The translations under genes and the position numbers were made by a program. 64,000 nucleotides of DNA from Paraspadella gotoi (Eukaryota; Animalia; Chaetognatha): assembly GCA_051294375.1 (NCBI GenBank), contig CM119264.1, forward strand, positions 13,660,813 to 13,724,812, given 5' to 3'. The notes beneath the pieces were generated by a model. The model did not search any database. It was not told the DNA's origin and saw nothing but the letters and a program-made list of their open reading frames with translations. Below, in pieces: positions 37,558-49,970 of the stretch (positions are counted from its first letter, which is position 1; each line of letters begins with the position of its first letter).

Positions 37558-40500
37558 CAACTACTAATAAAAAATCGTTGTTAAATTCAAAATTCTTTGC
37601 TGCTCTCTAAAAAGATTATCAAAAATAGCCTAAACAATAGGTTAATATTACTTTGGTAAAAAAAATAACTTTAATTTTATAATTGCGAGGTATGTAACAT
37701 AGTCAATTTTTTTCCGCTCAACAAAGATAGATTGGGTTTCGTCGCTGTAGTAATGAAATCTTTAAAAGATATTATGAAAAAGTATTTTTTTTACCTTTTT
37801 TTCCATTTTTATTCCAGAGTGGCCCATTTAACTGTAAGTTTTTTTTTTTGAAAACAAAATGTTCAAAAGAATTCAATGATGATATATGGGCACCTTTTAC
37901 ACAAACGTTTTTTTGATTTAAAAAACTTTTCATATATGGGAATGGTTCTACTTTTATGTCTGCATTAGAACGCTGACTTTGGTTGTGCAATGTTAGTAAC
38001 AGAAAAAGATAAGGTGAACCTCAAAATGTTGTTGAGGTTGTCCTCAATATTGGCAAAATATTTAAGTCTTACTAAATCCTAGTCTTTGAAGAACCATCTG
38101 CCTCAGCCGCTTGGCCATATGAGAGAATGCTCAATTGCCTATTAAAAAAATCTTATTCTTTTTTTCATAAAAAAGTATAAATATGACACTTCTTCCTTGA
38201 TATATATCTTTGGCAAATCTTATTACTTCTCACTTAAAATTTTGAAACTAGCAAGTAGATATTACAATTTTTAAAGTTAACTTTTAAAAATTTTTTTTCC
38301 AATACATGGACCCAATCATTTTTTATAAGGTTTTGAAAACCCAAGAGACGATTTTCCTTAATTTTTTTAGCAAAAAATGTATGAGAACTGTAAAAAACAA
38401 GAACAAAAAATCAAATTTTATAAACAAAATAGATTTGGGAATCAGCATGATGTCCGCTTTAAACCCTTTATAGTTTTTAAATTAATTTTAAATTAGTTTT
38501 AAGAACTATAATTATTTTAATAATATTGAAAAAATATTTTTGGTATTTAAAAATAATTTTTTAAAATTTTATTTTTTACTTATTAAAAACTGGCTCTTTG
38601 TTCATGTATCATTTTGTATAAAAAGGAATCAATTACCCTTGGATATTTTTCCAAGAATACTTTAAAATATTAATTTTGAAACTAAAATTAATTATTAAAA
38701 CCAGAAAAAAATAAAAATTAATTCAAAAATTTTAGTTAGCTCATTTAAATTTTATGTAGGTGGGGGTGATCGTCTCGGAAAGAGTATTTATGAGCAAAAA
38801 GTGGATAGGGCAAGCTTTCCATTAATAACTGCGGCTAGAGGGCAAATATTGTCAAAAAATTTTTTTAGGGTGCTGAGGCGCAATTTTTTCGAATTTTTAA
38901 AAAAGATACCGTCCAATGGGGACAGCAAACTAACCTTGCCTGCATCCGATTACTAACGCTGAGCTGATTAACAACTGCCTAAGTTTGGGAGATATCCGCT
39001 CCCTCCAGTTTATCGAGTAAAGAAAAAAAAGTTACTGTAAACAACGTAAGAAATAAAGAAACAAAGAAAGAAAGAAAGAACTCGTCGCGCGCTCGTGATT
39101 TCGCGTTTGAGGTCTCGCGCAAAAGTCCAAGTCGCGATTCTTTTTTTCATTCGACGTTCCACGATTCTGGATTCTTCTCCTGCGATTAATTCTGGATTCT
39201 CAATCCACTGATTCCTTTCATTTCATTTTCTCGTTTTTTATTTCCCCCTCGCAATTTCTTCTTAATTACAGTACGGGGGTGGCCTTTCATTTCGCAGTGN
39301 NNNNNNNNNNNNNNNNNNNNNNNNGAAGAAGGAATAGCAACGAAAGATAGAGACGAAGATAAATGTAAAAGGGAAAGTAAATAAAGAAGAGGAAGATGAG
39401 GTAAGAAGACAAGGAAAACGAAAATCCAAAATTATGGCCAAAAAATGGATGACCTCGACTTGAAAAACTGAAGGAAAGAAAATGAAACACTCTCACGTTA
39501 AGCCGAAGAAGAATAGAGCAAAAAAGCAAGAAAAGTTCATAAGATTAAACGAAAACTTGCATCAGTTATATTTGAAAGGAAAGAAAGGAAAAACATGATT
39601 AACGCAAATAAACACTATAGTCAAACATCTAAATTCGTAAACGAAAAGAGATTGTAAAGAATGAGCCGAAGAGAGGGTGGCGGAAGGGTGAGGGAAGAGG
39701 GGTGGGTTGAATGAATGGTGAAAAGGGGCGGGGGCCGGTAATTCGTGATTGAGAAATTTGAGGGGGAAAATGAGATATTGGGTGAAGGAAAGGAGTTATC
39801 CGAAGCGATCAGTGTGCGGCCCTTGTGCGGACAATCGAGAGAGGGAAAGAAAAGGTAGTTTAATGTCGCTTAATTGAATTCGAATAAGGAATCGAAAAAA
39901 AAAAATTAGGAATACTTAGTCTTGGAATATATACCCAAGTTTTAGCAAAAAATGAAATTGCAAGTAAATGTCGACAAGAAACAGTTGCAGGTAAGAAAGT
40001 AACGCCTCTAATTTTTGTAATTAAAAGAATTTTAAACCGAATTATTAATCAATGATATGTTATAGTGAACATGAAATGTGGAAGTATTAAAAAAATAGAA
40101 GTACACACTAAATAAGAAACGCTCAGAGAGAAAGAGAGAGTAAACGGGGGGAAAAATTATTGGGGATACTAGCGGGTGCGAGTACAGATATATATATATG
40201 TAGCAGGAATTTGGTGGTTGTCGCGTATAGGTAAAATCCGATAAACAATGATATATATACCTTTAAAAGAAAGAAAGAGAATTGAGAGCGCTATTTAGGT
40301 GAAAAGACTTTTTTAACAAAGGAAAAGTAAAAACTGGTGATGATCACATCGCAAAGAAAATGAAGCGTGAAGCGTGGTGAGTATATTCTAGGGATCGTCT
40401 ACAGCGTCATCATCTCATCGCCCAAACTTTTGGCCCTCGCGCCATCAGTGGCGCCACCAGTTTTCAACGGGTCTGTGCCTTTCACGTGACTTCTTCCGAT

Positions 40501-41070
40501 GAATCTTCCAATTATTAGAGTCGTCGCATTCTTCTTCTCTCTCTCTTCTCTCTCTCTCTCGCTCTTCTTTACCCTCCTCTCTCTCTCTCTCTTCTCTCTT
40601 CCTCATTCTCTTTTCTCTGTCTTCTCTCTTCCCTCTCCTCCTCGTCTCTCTCTCTCTCTCGGTCTCTCTCTTCTCCTCTTCTCCTCTCTCTCCAGTCCTC
40701 TCTCTCTCTCTTTATTTCTCTCCAAATATCGAGAAAAGGTGAATGGACCTTCGCTCACTAAAAAAGGAAATTACGCGGGAATTTCCTGAAAAAGAAATCG
40801 AAAAAAAAAAAACCGAATGATTTTTTTCCCCAACAGAAAATCTTCGCGCGATTGAAAAATTTGCATCGCTTCATTAGCAAGCAATTCTGCGCTTGTTAAA
40901 TAAAAAAAAAACCTTAAAAGCGTGACTTAAACATTAAATAGCGTCAATGATTCGGGATTCGAGAGAAAAAAAATTGTGAAAGAAGGAAATTGAATAAAAA
41001 TAATCCGTTTGACAAGAAATCTCTCTGTCTGCAGCTGGCGATCGAGGCTGTCGCTCTCTCTCTCCTCTTT

Positions 41071-41151
<81 letters not shown>

Positions 41152-44100
41152 ATTTCCGGGTTCCTCTCCCTCTCCCTTCTCGTGGATTCGGCACAAAATC
41201 ATTTTTGACCTCCTGTTGAGAGATGGAAAGTGGGGGGGAGGGATAAGGAAAGGGAAAAAAAGGGGGAAAAGTGGTGTGACTGGTCAGGAAAGAGTGGAGT
41301 TTGATTGAGACTATATATCAAAGAAAAATAAATTGAAGGAAGAAGAAAAAAAAGAAAAAAAAAGGAATGATTAAAGGATAAAAAGGAAAAGAGAAAGAAG
41401 AGAGAGAGAAAGAGAAAAGATAGGGGAGAGTAAAAAAAAATAAAAAGAAAAAGTTGAACGACCCTTTTCCACTTTCAGTCCAATTCACATTTTCCTTTTG
41501 CGTCCTTTGAGTTGAACGACCGGCTCTTGAAAAAACGCGGTGGCATTTTTCCAGCGAGGATCCAAAGAGAGGTGTCTCTGTCTGGGTCTCCGTCTCTATC
41601 TTTTGTCTACTCGGGCTCTCTCTTCTCTCCTCTCTTCTGTGTCCTCTCTCTCTCTCTCTCTCCCGTCTCTCTGCTCCCTCCTCCTCTTCTCTCTCCTCTC
41701 TTCCCCCTCTCTCCTTCCTGCCCGCTCTCTTCTCCTCTCTCTTCTCTCTCTAAAACCCAGAGACAACAAGTAAACAAATTAATAGCATAACTGTATATAT
41801 TAAAAAATAACCCCAGATGACGTAGAACAATCGGTAATAACTTTCCCTTCTTTTTCGCTTCTATCCGGCCACTTGGGGAAAAAAAAACTTTTCAATTCAT
41901 GTTCCATTTGATGATGTTGTTTGACCTGAAGTCTCGCGGTCAGATTCAGAGTTCAAAGGTCAAAATATAGGGGAAACCCATGAGGGAGGTTTCGGCACGG
42001 GAGGAGGAGGTTGAAGGAGAGGAGGAGGAGGAGGAGGAGGAGCAGCGTTTTTTTTGGAGAAAGAAGTGAATTGAGAGAGAAGGGAGCACTTGAGGCAATT
42101 GGGAAATCGTAGAAAAGGAAAACTTTGGAGAAAAAGTCTCGGCGTTCATTTTCAAATAATCTACTGGATAAATAACCAAAAATTATCTATGCTTATAATA
42201 GCTAATTATCATTGTTTTTTAACACATTCATAATTTTGAAATGAAAGACTCTCATCAAGTTCAGTAAAAAGTTATCAATGTTAAGTCGCCAAAGTCTGCG
42301 GACTTCAAACGAGACCGGATTTTCGGTTTGGAAGCAATCTGGACGTAGTCGTCGTCGTCGTCTCGTCCGTCGTTCGTTTACACGAAAGAAGAAATCGGGA
42401 AAACCGAATTGAAACTTGACTTCCCTCTGCTCATTGCTGGTTCCAAACTGCAATCGAAACGAACACTGGACTAAACGGTGTCATCTTTCCATTTATATAT
42501 CTAGGTAACTGATCGCCAGCCCAGGCCACTTAGGCCTCTCTCTCAAAGTATCGTCTCCCAACGGCCCGACGTCTATTCGTTTTTACTTTCAAACTTTTTT
42601 CTCGATCGATAATAAGTTGCATAATAACTAGAAGCTTTCTTTCTTTGCCGCTCGGGCGCGCCCTACATTCGAACTTCGCTGCGACAGTGACAAACTGCAG
42701 AGTTGGGAAGACGACGAAAACGACGACGAAAACGACGGACGAAGAAAACTGTATGACTTCGAATGCGGACTTTTTTTTTGTGAACGATTTAGTGACACCC
42801 ATTGGTTCTACTACACGCGCAATGGAACGTCGACGACGAGGCGAACGATACAGCAGACCTGAGTTTATGCGTCCTTTTCGAATGTCCTACATCATCCGTC
42901 GTGGCAAATTTTCCTTATCAACATCCGGGGATCGACAATATCCACCGCGAAAATTGGGCTTCGTAACGGAAGTTTCCTCCTTTTCTTTTTCGGCGGCATC
43001 CTTGGGAAAAAATTTTTTTTTTTTTCCTTTTCTGAAGGAAGGTACTGCTCTCTGGGGAGAAAAGAAAAGAGAAAAAATAAGAAGGAAATGGAAATAAAAG
43101 GAAAGAAAAGGAGGAAGAGGATCCTGAAATGACCAGTACGCCTTTCAATTTCGCGTCTTTACGATTGTAAAATGGTTTTTTTTCTACGTAATTTGGATTT
43201 TGAATTCGAAATTGGTTATTCGCGTCGACATTCGTTTATGTGCCTCTCAAAATCATTTACTTACGAAAATCGAATCATCTTAAAATCATTTTTCTGATTT
43301 TCTCTAAACTCGTTATATAAGATTAATTAAAAAATGNNNNNNNNNNNNNNNNNNNNNNNNNNNNNNNNNNNNNNNNNNNNNNNNNNNNNNNNNNNNNNNN
43401 NNNNNNNNNNNNNNNNNNNNNNNNNNNNNNNNNNNNNNNNNNNNNNNNNNNNNNNNNNNNNNNNNNNNNNNNNNNNNNNNNNNNNNNNNNNNNNNNNNNN
43501 NNNNNNNNNNNNNNNNNNNNNNNNNNNNNNNNNNNNNNNNNNNNNNNNNNNNNNNNNNNNNNNNNNNNNNNNNNNNNNNNNTCTCTCCTTTTCTTTCCCT
43601 CTGACTTTCCTTCTTACAAAGAAAATCTTCGCCGCTTTAACCGAATTATGCAAAGCGTGGGATTTTTTTTCCCGCGGNNNNNNNNNNNNNNNNNNNNNNN
43701 NNNNNNNNNNNNNNNNNNNNGGACTGCTGGACATTTACATTTTATTTTATCACACACATGCCTTAAGTAGGCTTTGTCCATAATTTGTACAAATAACTCC
43801 AAAGATATAATATGTTAAAATATTTCTGATTCATTCTTCATTTTCGTTTTTCAACTTTTTTCATTTAATCAAATATGCGTTATTATAAAATATAATAAAA
43901 TCATAAAATTGTCGGATATTTATCATAATTTTTCCCTCAAGAAATTCTTTTATGTTTCTTCCCAAAAATTTCGCTCATCTTCAGAGAACTCGCAGTTTTT
44001 TCTTTCGTGGGCGAGAGGCGTCGTCGTCGTCGTCGTCGTCGACATCGTCGTCGTCGACATCGTCGTCGTCCTCGTCTTGGTCGTTTACTTCTTCCACTAA

Positions 44101-45493
44101 AATGCTTAACCCTCTCATCTTCTTTGATGTCTCAATCCTCCCCCTCCAATCTGTCACGGATGTCATCTTCCTACTCGGACGTTTGACCTTTCAGTCAGAA
44201 TCGAGATCGAGATTCTCAAGATACATGACGTTTTTTTCGCAAAAATCCCACGTCACGCCAGACATCGCTGTCAATGTTCTCGTACATCCCTGCGCTTTGC
44301 CATCTAAAAAAGCGATTCCACTCAATGTCATTCGCTGCCATTTCCTTTTGTTCCGACTGCAATTCTCGCGCTCCCATTTCCGCCAATGCCATTGGATGCA
44401 TTTCATTCTAATGTCCAATAATAGCTCTCTCTCTCTCTCTCNNNNNNNNNNNNNNNNNNNNNNNNNNNNNNNNNNNNNNNNNNNNNNNNNNNNNNNNNNN
44501 NNNNNNNNNNNNNNNNNNNNNNNNNNNNNNNNNNNNNNNNNNNNNNNNNNNNNNNNNNNNNNNNNNGATTTCTCTCTCACTGTCTCGCTCTCTCACTCTC
44601 TCCGTCTCTTCTTCCCGAGATTCTCGAGTATAAAACCGAAGCTTCAGATTTTATCGACACATTTTCTCTTCGACACCGACGATCATGGAATCTCAGAGGC
44701 AATATCTTNNNNNNNNNNNNNNNNNNNNNNNNNNNNNNNNNNNNNNNNNNNNNNNNNNNNNNNNNNNNNNNNNNNNNNNNNNNNNNNNNNNNNNNNNNNN
44801 NNNNNNNNNNNNNNNNNNNNNNNNNNNNNNNNNNNNNNNNNNNNNNNNNNNNNNNNNNNNNNNNAAGACCCACCCACTACAATCATCAACGCCGCAGCCG
44901 CAGCCGCCACCGCAGCTGCCTCCCCCGTTTCGACCTCATTTTCTGAAATGGAAAGAAAAAAATCATCTCCCTTTATTCCTAATAAAAGATTTAATCGGCG
45001 AAAATCACTTTTCTTTTTCTCTCTTGATGCTTAAATTGAAAAGTGTTTCGATGTTCGATATTCTTTCATTTTCTTTCGATTGCAGTAATCCTCGATGTTG
45101 AGTTTTCTTTTTCATAGATAATTATTTTTATGTCTATTCTTTTTTAGTTAATACCTTTTTCTCTCTATTCCAGCCTGTTGTCCTTACAATTTACGTAACT
45201 GTTGATAACATTTAGGACGCTAACCTTTATTTCTCGGGAAACTCAACAATATAAATTTAATTTTACGGTCACTAGATTTCTTGGTGCGAATCGCTGGACG
45301 GAATATGGTGCGACCAAAGGCTAAAAAGAAAATGTTCGGACGAACGTATTACTCTTCGTCGAAAAAGTGCAATAGTCGCTAAATTTTCACGCGAATGCTG
45401 CAGCAAAGGCGGCTTCAAGCGGTGCTGCTCTACAGCTGCTGCTGCATCGAATATTTATACTCCAGTTTATTCTTTCTCCTGACGTCGATCGCT

Positions 45494-47203
45494 ATGGATG
45501 CATCGGGATTTCCTCCACTGCCGACGCCAGCGATCGATCAGGANNNNNNNNNNNNNNNNNNNNNNNNNNNNNNNNNNNNNNNNNNNNNNNNNNNNNNNNN
45601 NNNNNNNNNNNNNNNNNNNNNNNNNNNNNNNNNNNNNNNNNNNNNNNNNNNNNNNNNNNNNNNNNNNNNNNNNNNNNNNNNNNNNNNNNNNNNNNNNNNN
45701 NNNNNNNNNNNNNNNNNNNNNNNNNNNNNNNNNNNNNNNNNNNNNNNNNNNNNNNNNNNNNNNNNNNNNNNNNNNNNNNNNNNNNNNNNNNNNNNNNNNN
45801 NNNNNNNNNNNNNNNNNNNNNNNNNNNNNNNNNNNNNNNNNNNNNNNNNNNNNNNNNNNNNNNTTTCCAGCCTCAGCCCTCCGGCCCGTCTTCCGCTTTC
45901 TTGTCTCAGCCCGCCTCGCGGACGAACCCCGTCCTCCGCTCTCAGCCCGCCTTCGTGCCTAAGTCCGCCACGTGGCCGCCCACACTCTCTGAGTCCTCGA
46001 TCGAGAGTGTCCTTCAGCTTCTTCGAGGCCTTGGACTCTTGCGACCGCATCGAGGAAGTCGCCTCCCCGAGCGGCTGCGCGGGAAACGACGAAGACGATG
46101 AGGCTCGCGCTGGCGACGACCGTCTCGGAGATCATCCCGACGAAAAAATCTCCGATGGACGTTTCCGCGGTCACACGAGAGCGGGCAATCGACTGCCCGG
46201 CCGCGGATGCGACCGTGCGGCCAGCGACTACGGCATATGCGGCGTCGGCGGTATCCTTTCCCCGAACCGCTCTCGATACGACGCTGGAAAAATAAACGGA
46301 CCTCTGTCTCCAGATCATCGGTGTCATGCTGACCATTGTCATGTTGACCGCTTCGACTCTCTTCGTTCCCATGGCGACCATGGCCACCACGATAGCTGTC
46401 ACTTCGATCGTTTCCATGCCGACAGATGTCACTGCGACCGCCTTGTCTCCGACCATTGCTACAGCATCTCCTCGCCTCGTTCTCCCGCGGGACTGCGTCA
46501 GTTTGGAGACGGGAATTCTCGTTCCCTCTCGTCGTCTCCGCGGACGCCCAACTTCGCCGTCCAGTTTTGGTCGGACAGACCGGAAGCAACTCCACCGACT
46601 CGAGTCGAAGCTTGTCGTCTCCGTGGCAACGCAGGTCTTCCGGGCGACGCTTTGATTCACGATGACGCTGCTCATCGCTACGTTAATCAACATGGCAACA
46701 CGTTTTCTCCGAGCCAAGACTGGGCGCGCGGCTGCGTCGAATGTCGAAGAGTTTGCGAGAGGACGCTACCGTGTCGCGGCGACGGTGGACGTCGAGCGCC
46801 GTTGACGGGGAGGGAGGAAAGAAAGGAAAACAAAAGATCATCCCGGCTTCAACAACAAAAACAACAGCAGCAGCAAAACTCGTTGCATCCCATGCAAATC
46901 CTGCAAAAGATCAACGCCGTCGAACTCTGGAACATTCTCAAGCAGAACATAAAGCAGAACATAAAAGAACAAAATCTCAAACAGATGGTGAAGCAGAGCG
47001 GAAAGGAGCAAAACGTGAAGCAGACCGCGAAGGAGCGGAACGTCAACTCGAACGCGAAAAACGGGAAAGAACAGAGTTTCATTTCGAAGGCCAAGAGAAA
47101 CGGGGAAGAGCAGAAGGGGAATATCGTGGAGAGAGAAGAGTACATCGATGCGAAAAATGACATCAAGCAAAACGTTAAAGAGGAAAGGAAGAACAAAACT
47201 AAG
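45494..47203 (+). CDS. Large exon of an uncharacterised low-complexity protein (Ser/Pro repeats, His/Asp/Cys pentapeptide repeat, poly-Q, KQN(I/V)K repeats)
   Basis: About 447 stop-free codons of real sequence lie after the gap (45864-47203), GC-rich, ending at the donor-like AAG|GTACAA just before the stop. The ATG at 45494 is before a 320-N gap, so the start and frame across the gap are uncertain. Confidence 0.7.
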
Positions 47204-49261
47204 GTACAATGAAATTTGGGTTACCATGTAACAACCAAGAATCTATGCGATAAAAGAGTGGTGAAAACTGTTACAGTATATTCGTCATATTACAAAAAAC
47301 GGAATGCCGAAAGAATAAATTTAATCGGGATGTTTGTTCAACTTGATATTCTCTTCCATGGAATAGAGAACAAAAGAAAGCGGTCTTTCGTCAAGAGAGG
47401 ATCATGAAAAACTTTGAAAACCTCTTAGCGACCATCGTTGAACAGGAAGAAGGGTGAGGGCAGATGTTAAAAGGGTAGAGCAATGGAAAGTAGCTGGGGA
47501 ATTGAANNNNNNNNNNNNNNNNNNNNNNNNNNNNNNNNNNNNNNNNNNNNNNNNNNNNNNNNNNNNNNNNNNNNNNNNNNNNNNNNNNNNNNNNNNNNNN
47601 NNNNNNNNNNNNNNNNNNNNNNNNNNNNNNNNNNNNNNNNNNNNNNNNNNNNNNNNNNNNNNNNNNNNNNNNNNNNNNNNNNNNNNNNNNNNNNNNNNNN
47701 NNNNNNNNNNNNNNNNNNNNNNNNNNNNNNNNAGAGAGAGAGAGTTAAAAAGAGAAGGAAGCGTGATTTAGAGGCAGTTATCGAAAAGGTAAGGAAACGG
47801 AAGGGAAAGGAAAGTCTGAACGGTGAGTCTCGCGAAAAAAGCGGGAAACGATTTGGAGGCGATAAAAGTTAAAGAGGGGAAAAGTATCGGCGGTTGTTAA
47901 CTCCGTGATTGACTTGTGAATCGGGGGAAAGAAAGTGAATGCGATTATTTGAGGAAGGAGGTTGTGAGAACGGTGAGAAGTCACGAATTAAGATCCCCCT
48001 CCTTTTTGAGGGATTTTCGGTTACCTGTGGTAATACCAATTTTATCCCTTATATATAGTGCGTGTCGCCAGTGTTGACAGTTCACACCTGTTTTTTTTAG
48101 AAGAACATTTATTCCTTTTTTCGTTTCCAGAATTATCGGCGTTTTTCCGAAAAGGGTGGGGNNNNNNNNNNNNNNNNNNNNNNNNNNNNNNNNNNNNNNN
48201 NNNNNNNNNNNNNNNNNNNNNNNNNNNNNNNNNNNNNNNNNNNNNNNNNNNNNNNNNNNNNNNNNNNNNNNNNNNNNNNNNNNNNNNNNNNNNNNNNNNN
48301 NNNNNNNNNNNNNNNNNNNNNNNNNNNNNNNNNNNNNNNNNNNNNNNNNNNNNNNNNNNNNNNNNNNNNNNNNNNNNNNNNNNNNNNNNNNNNNNNNNNN
48401 NNNNNNNNNNNNNNNNNNNNNNNNNNNNNNNNNNNNNNNNNNNNNNNNNNNNNNNNNNNNNNNNNNNNNNNNNNNNNNNNNNNNNNNNNNNNNNNNNNNN
48501 NNNNNNNNNNNNNNNNNNNNNNNNNNNNNNNNNNNNNNNNNNNNNNNNNNNNNNNNNNNNNNNNNNNNNNNNNNNNNNNNNNNNNNNNNNNNNNNNNNNN
48601 NNNNNNNNNNNNNNNNNNNNNNNNNNNNNNNNNNNNNNNNNNNNNNNNNNNNNNNNNNNNNNNNNNNNNNNNNNNNNNNNNNNNNNNNNNNNNNNNNNNN
48701 NNNNNNNNNNNNNNNNNNNNNNNNNNNNNNNNNNNNNNNNNNNNNNNNNNNNNNNNNNNNNNNNNNNNNNNNNNNNNNNNNNNNNNNNNNNNNNNNNNNN
48801 NNNNNNNNNNNNNNNNNNNNNNNNNNNNNNNNNNNNNNNNNNNNNNNNNNNNNNNNNNNNNNNNNNNNNNNNNNNNNNNNNNNNNNNNNNNNNNNNNNNN
48901 NNNNNNNNNNNNNNNNCTTCTTTCTCTTTCTTCTTTCTCTTCTTTCCCCTTGGAGAGATTCACTTCTCACCCAAACCCTCATCTTCACATTTTTTATTCG
49001 CGGCTTCAATTTTCCGCTCGAGCGGAGTTTCTCGTGAACATCGTCAATCGTGAATGTTAACTCGTCAAGTTTGGATGTCGTTTCGTCGGCGTAATTTCGG
49101 AAATTTGAGGATCTTTTTTTTTTGGTGTGTTGACTTCGCAGAAATATTCACTTTTATATTTACTAGTCATTGAGATTCTGGTCGAAGACGAACTTTTAAG
49201 ATGTTCTCGTCGCTTTGAGCTTTCAGTCGCAAACTAAAATAATTTAGTTTTAATTGCTTGT

Positions 49262-49298
<37 letters not shown>

Positions 49299-49539
49299 CG
49301 CTGACGCTGTCGACGACTCATGGAACTTAGCCTTGGATCCAACGAGTTCCAACGATGAAGAAAACACGAGGGGCCGAGTCTTTAAACATATTGTGTGTCT
49401 GAGAGAGAGAGAGAGAGAGACTTATAATATCCCGTGCCTGGAGCGAGTCTCAAGGATAATCAGCCCATAAAGTTAATGGTGGGTTCATGACGATCGGCCA
49501 GGTGAACGTGTGTCTGTCTTCGTGTCGAACGAGGAAAAA

Positions 49540-49970
49540 GATTTCAAATCGTTCGTCGCGTCACTTCGATTCGTCACCCATCCTCGTCGCCCGTTATCGT
49601 CAACCGTCATCCATTTTCGTCATCATCCTTTGTCTTTATCTGTCATCAGCTCAAATCGTGTATAGCCATCGTCATCGATCGTTGTCATCCCCCACTTCTG
49701 TCACCCTTAGTCATCACCCGTCATCGTCATTCATCCTCGTCACCCATCGTTGTCACCCGTTGACGTCTTCTGTCATCATCTCCCATCGTCTGCACAAATC
49801 GAAGACTGCCACTGTTGCCACTGTTGTCATCATCCATTGTCAGCCCTCGTCGTCGTCCGTTGTCATCACAACTCGTAATTATCTCTTATCGTCACGCTTC
49901 ATATTGATTCGTCGTTGTCATTGTTTGCTGCTGTCGTTACTCGTTGTTGTCATTCTTCGTCGTTGTCAGT
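49540..49970. repeat. Degenerate (CGT/CAT/TGT)n low-complexity tract
   Basis: Recurrent CGTCATC/TGTCATC/CGTCACC words. Confidence 0.6.

Larger units (their letters stand above)
36627..37620 (-). mobile_element. Truncated Penelope-like retroelement with inverted pseudo-LTRs and 13-bp target-site duplication
   Basis: TAAAAAGATTATC occurs at 36627-36639 and 37608-37620. Inverted arms lie at 36679-~37033 and ~37265-37611, with a 39-nt tail at 36640-36678 on one arm only. Each arm carries a hammerhead core followed by AATAAA. Confidence 0.82.
32323..39037. mobile_element. Large DNA transposon-like element with ~1.2-kb terminal inverted repeats, containing nested elements
   Basis: 32323-~33510 is a noisy reverse complement of ~37810-39037. 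The termini are CAGTAACTTTTTTT...CTCGATAAACTGGAG and CTCCAGTTTATCGAG...AAAAAAAGTTACTG. TA follows the right end and TAA precedes the left end. No intact transposase is present. Confidence 0.75.

Noticed and set aside
44101-44195. MLNPLIFFDVSI...LGRLTF resembles the cyclophilin N-terminus (MVNPTVFFDI...LGRVSF)
   Set aside because: The spacing is 8 residues too long and nothing like ELFADKVPKTAENF follows in frame or as a visible exon. Probably chance.
47981-49053. Long ORFs of 276-342 aa here and at 14931-16058 and 17994-19054
   Set aside because: Their length comes from N runs. The only real coding part is the 18829-18865 exon start.
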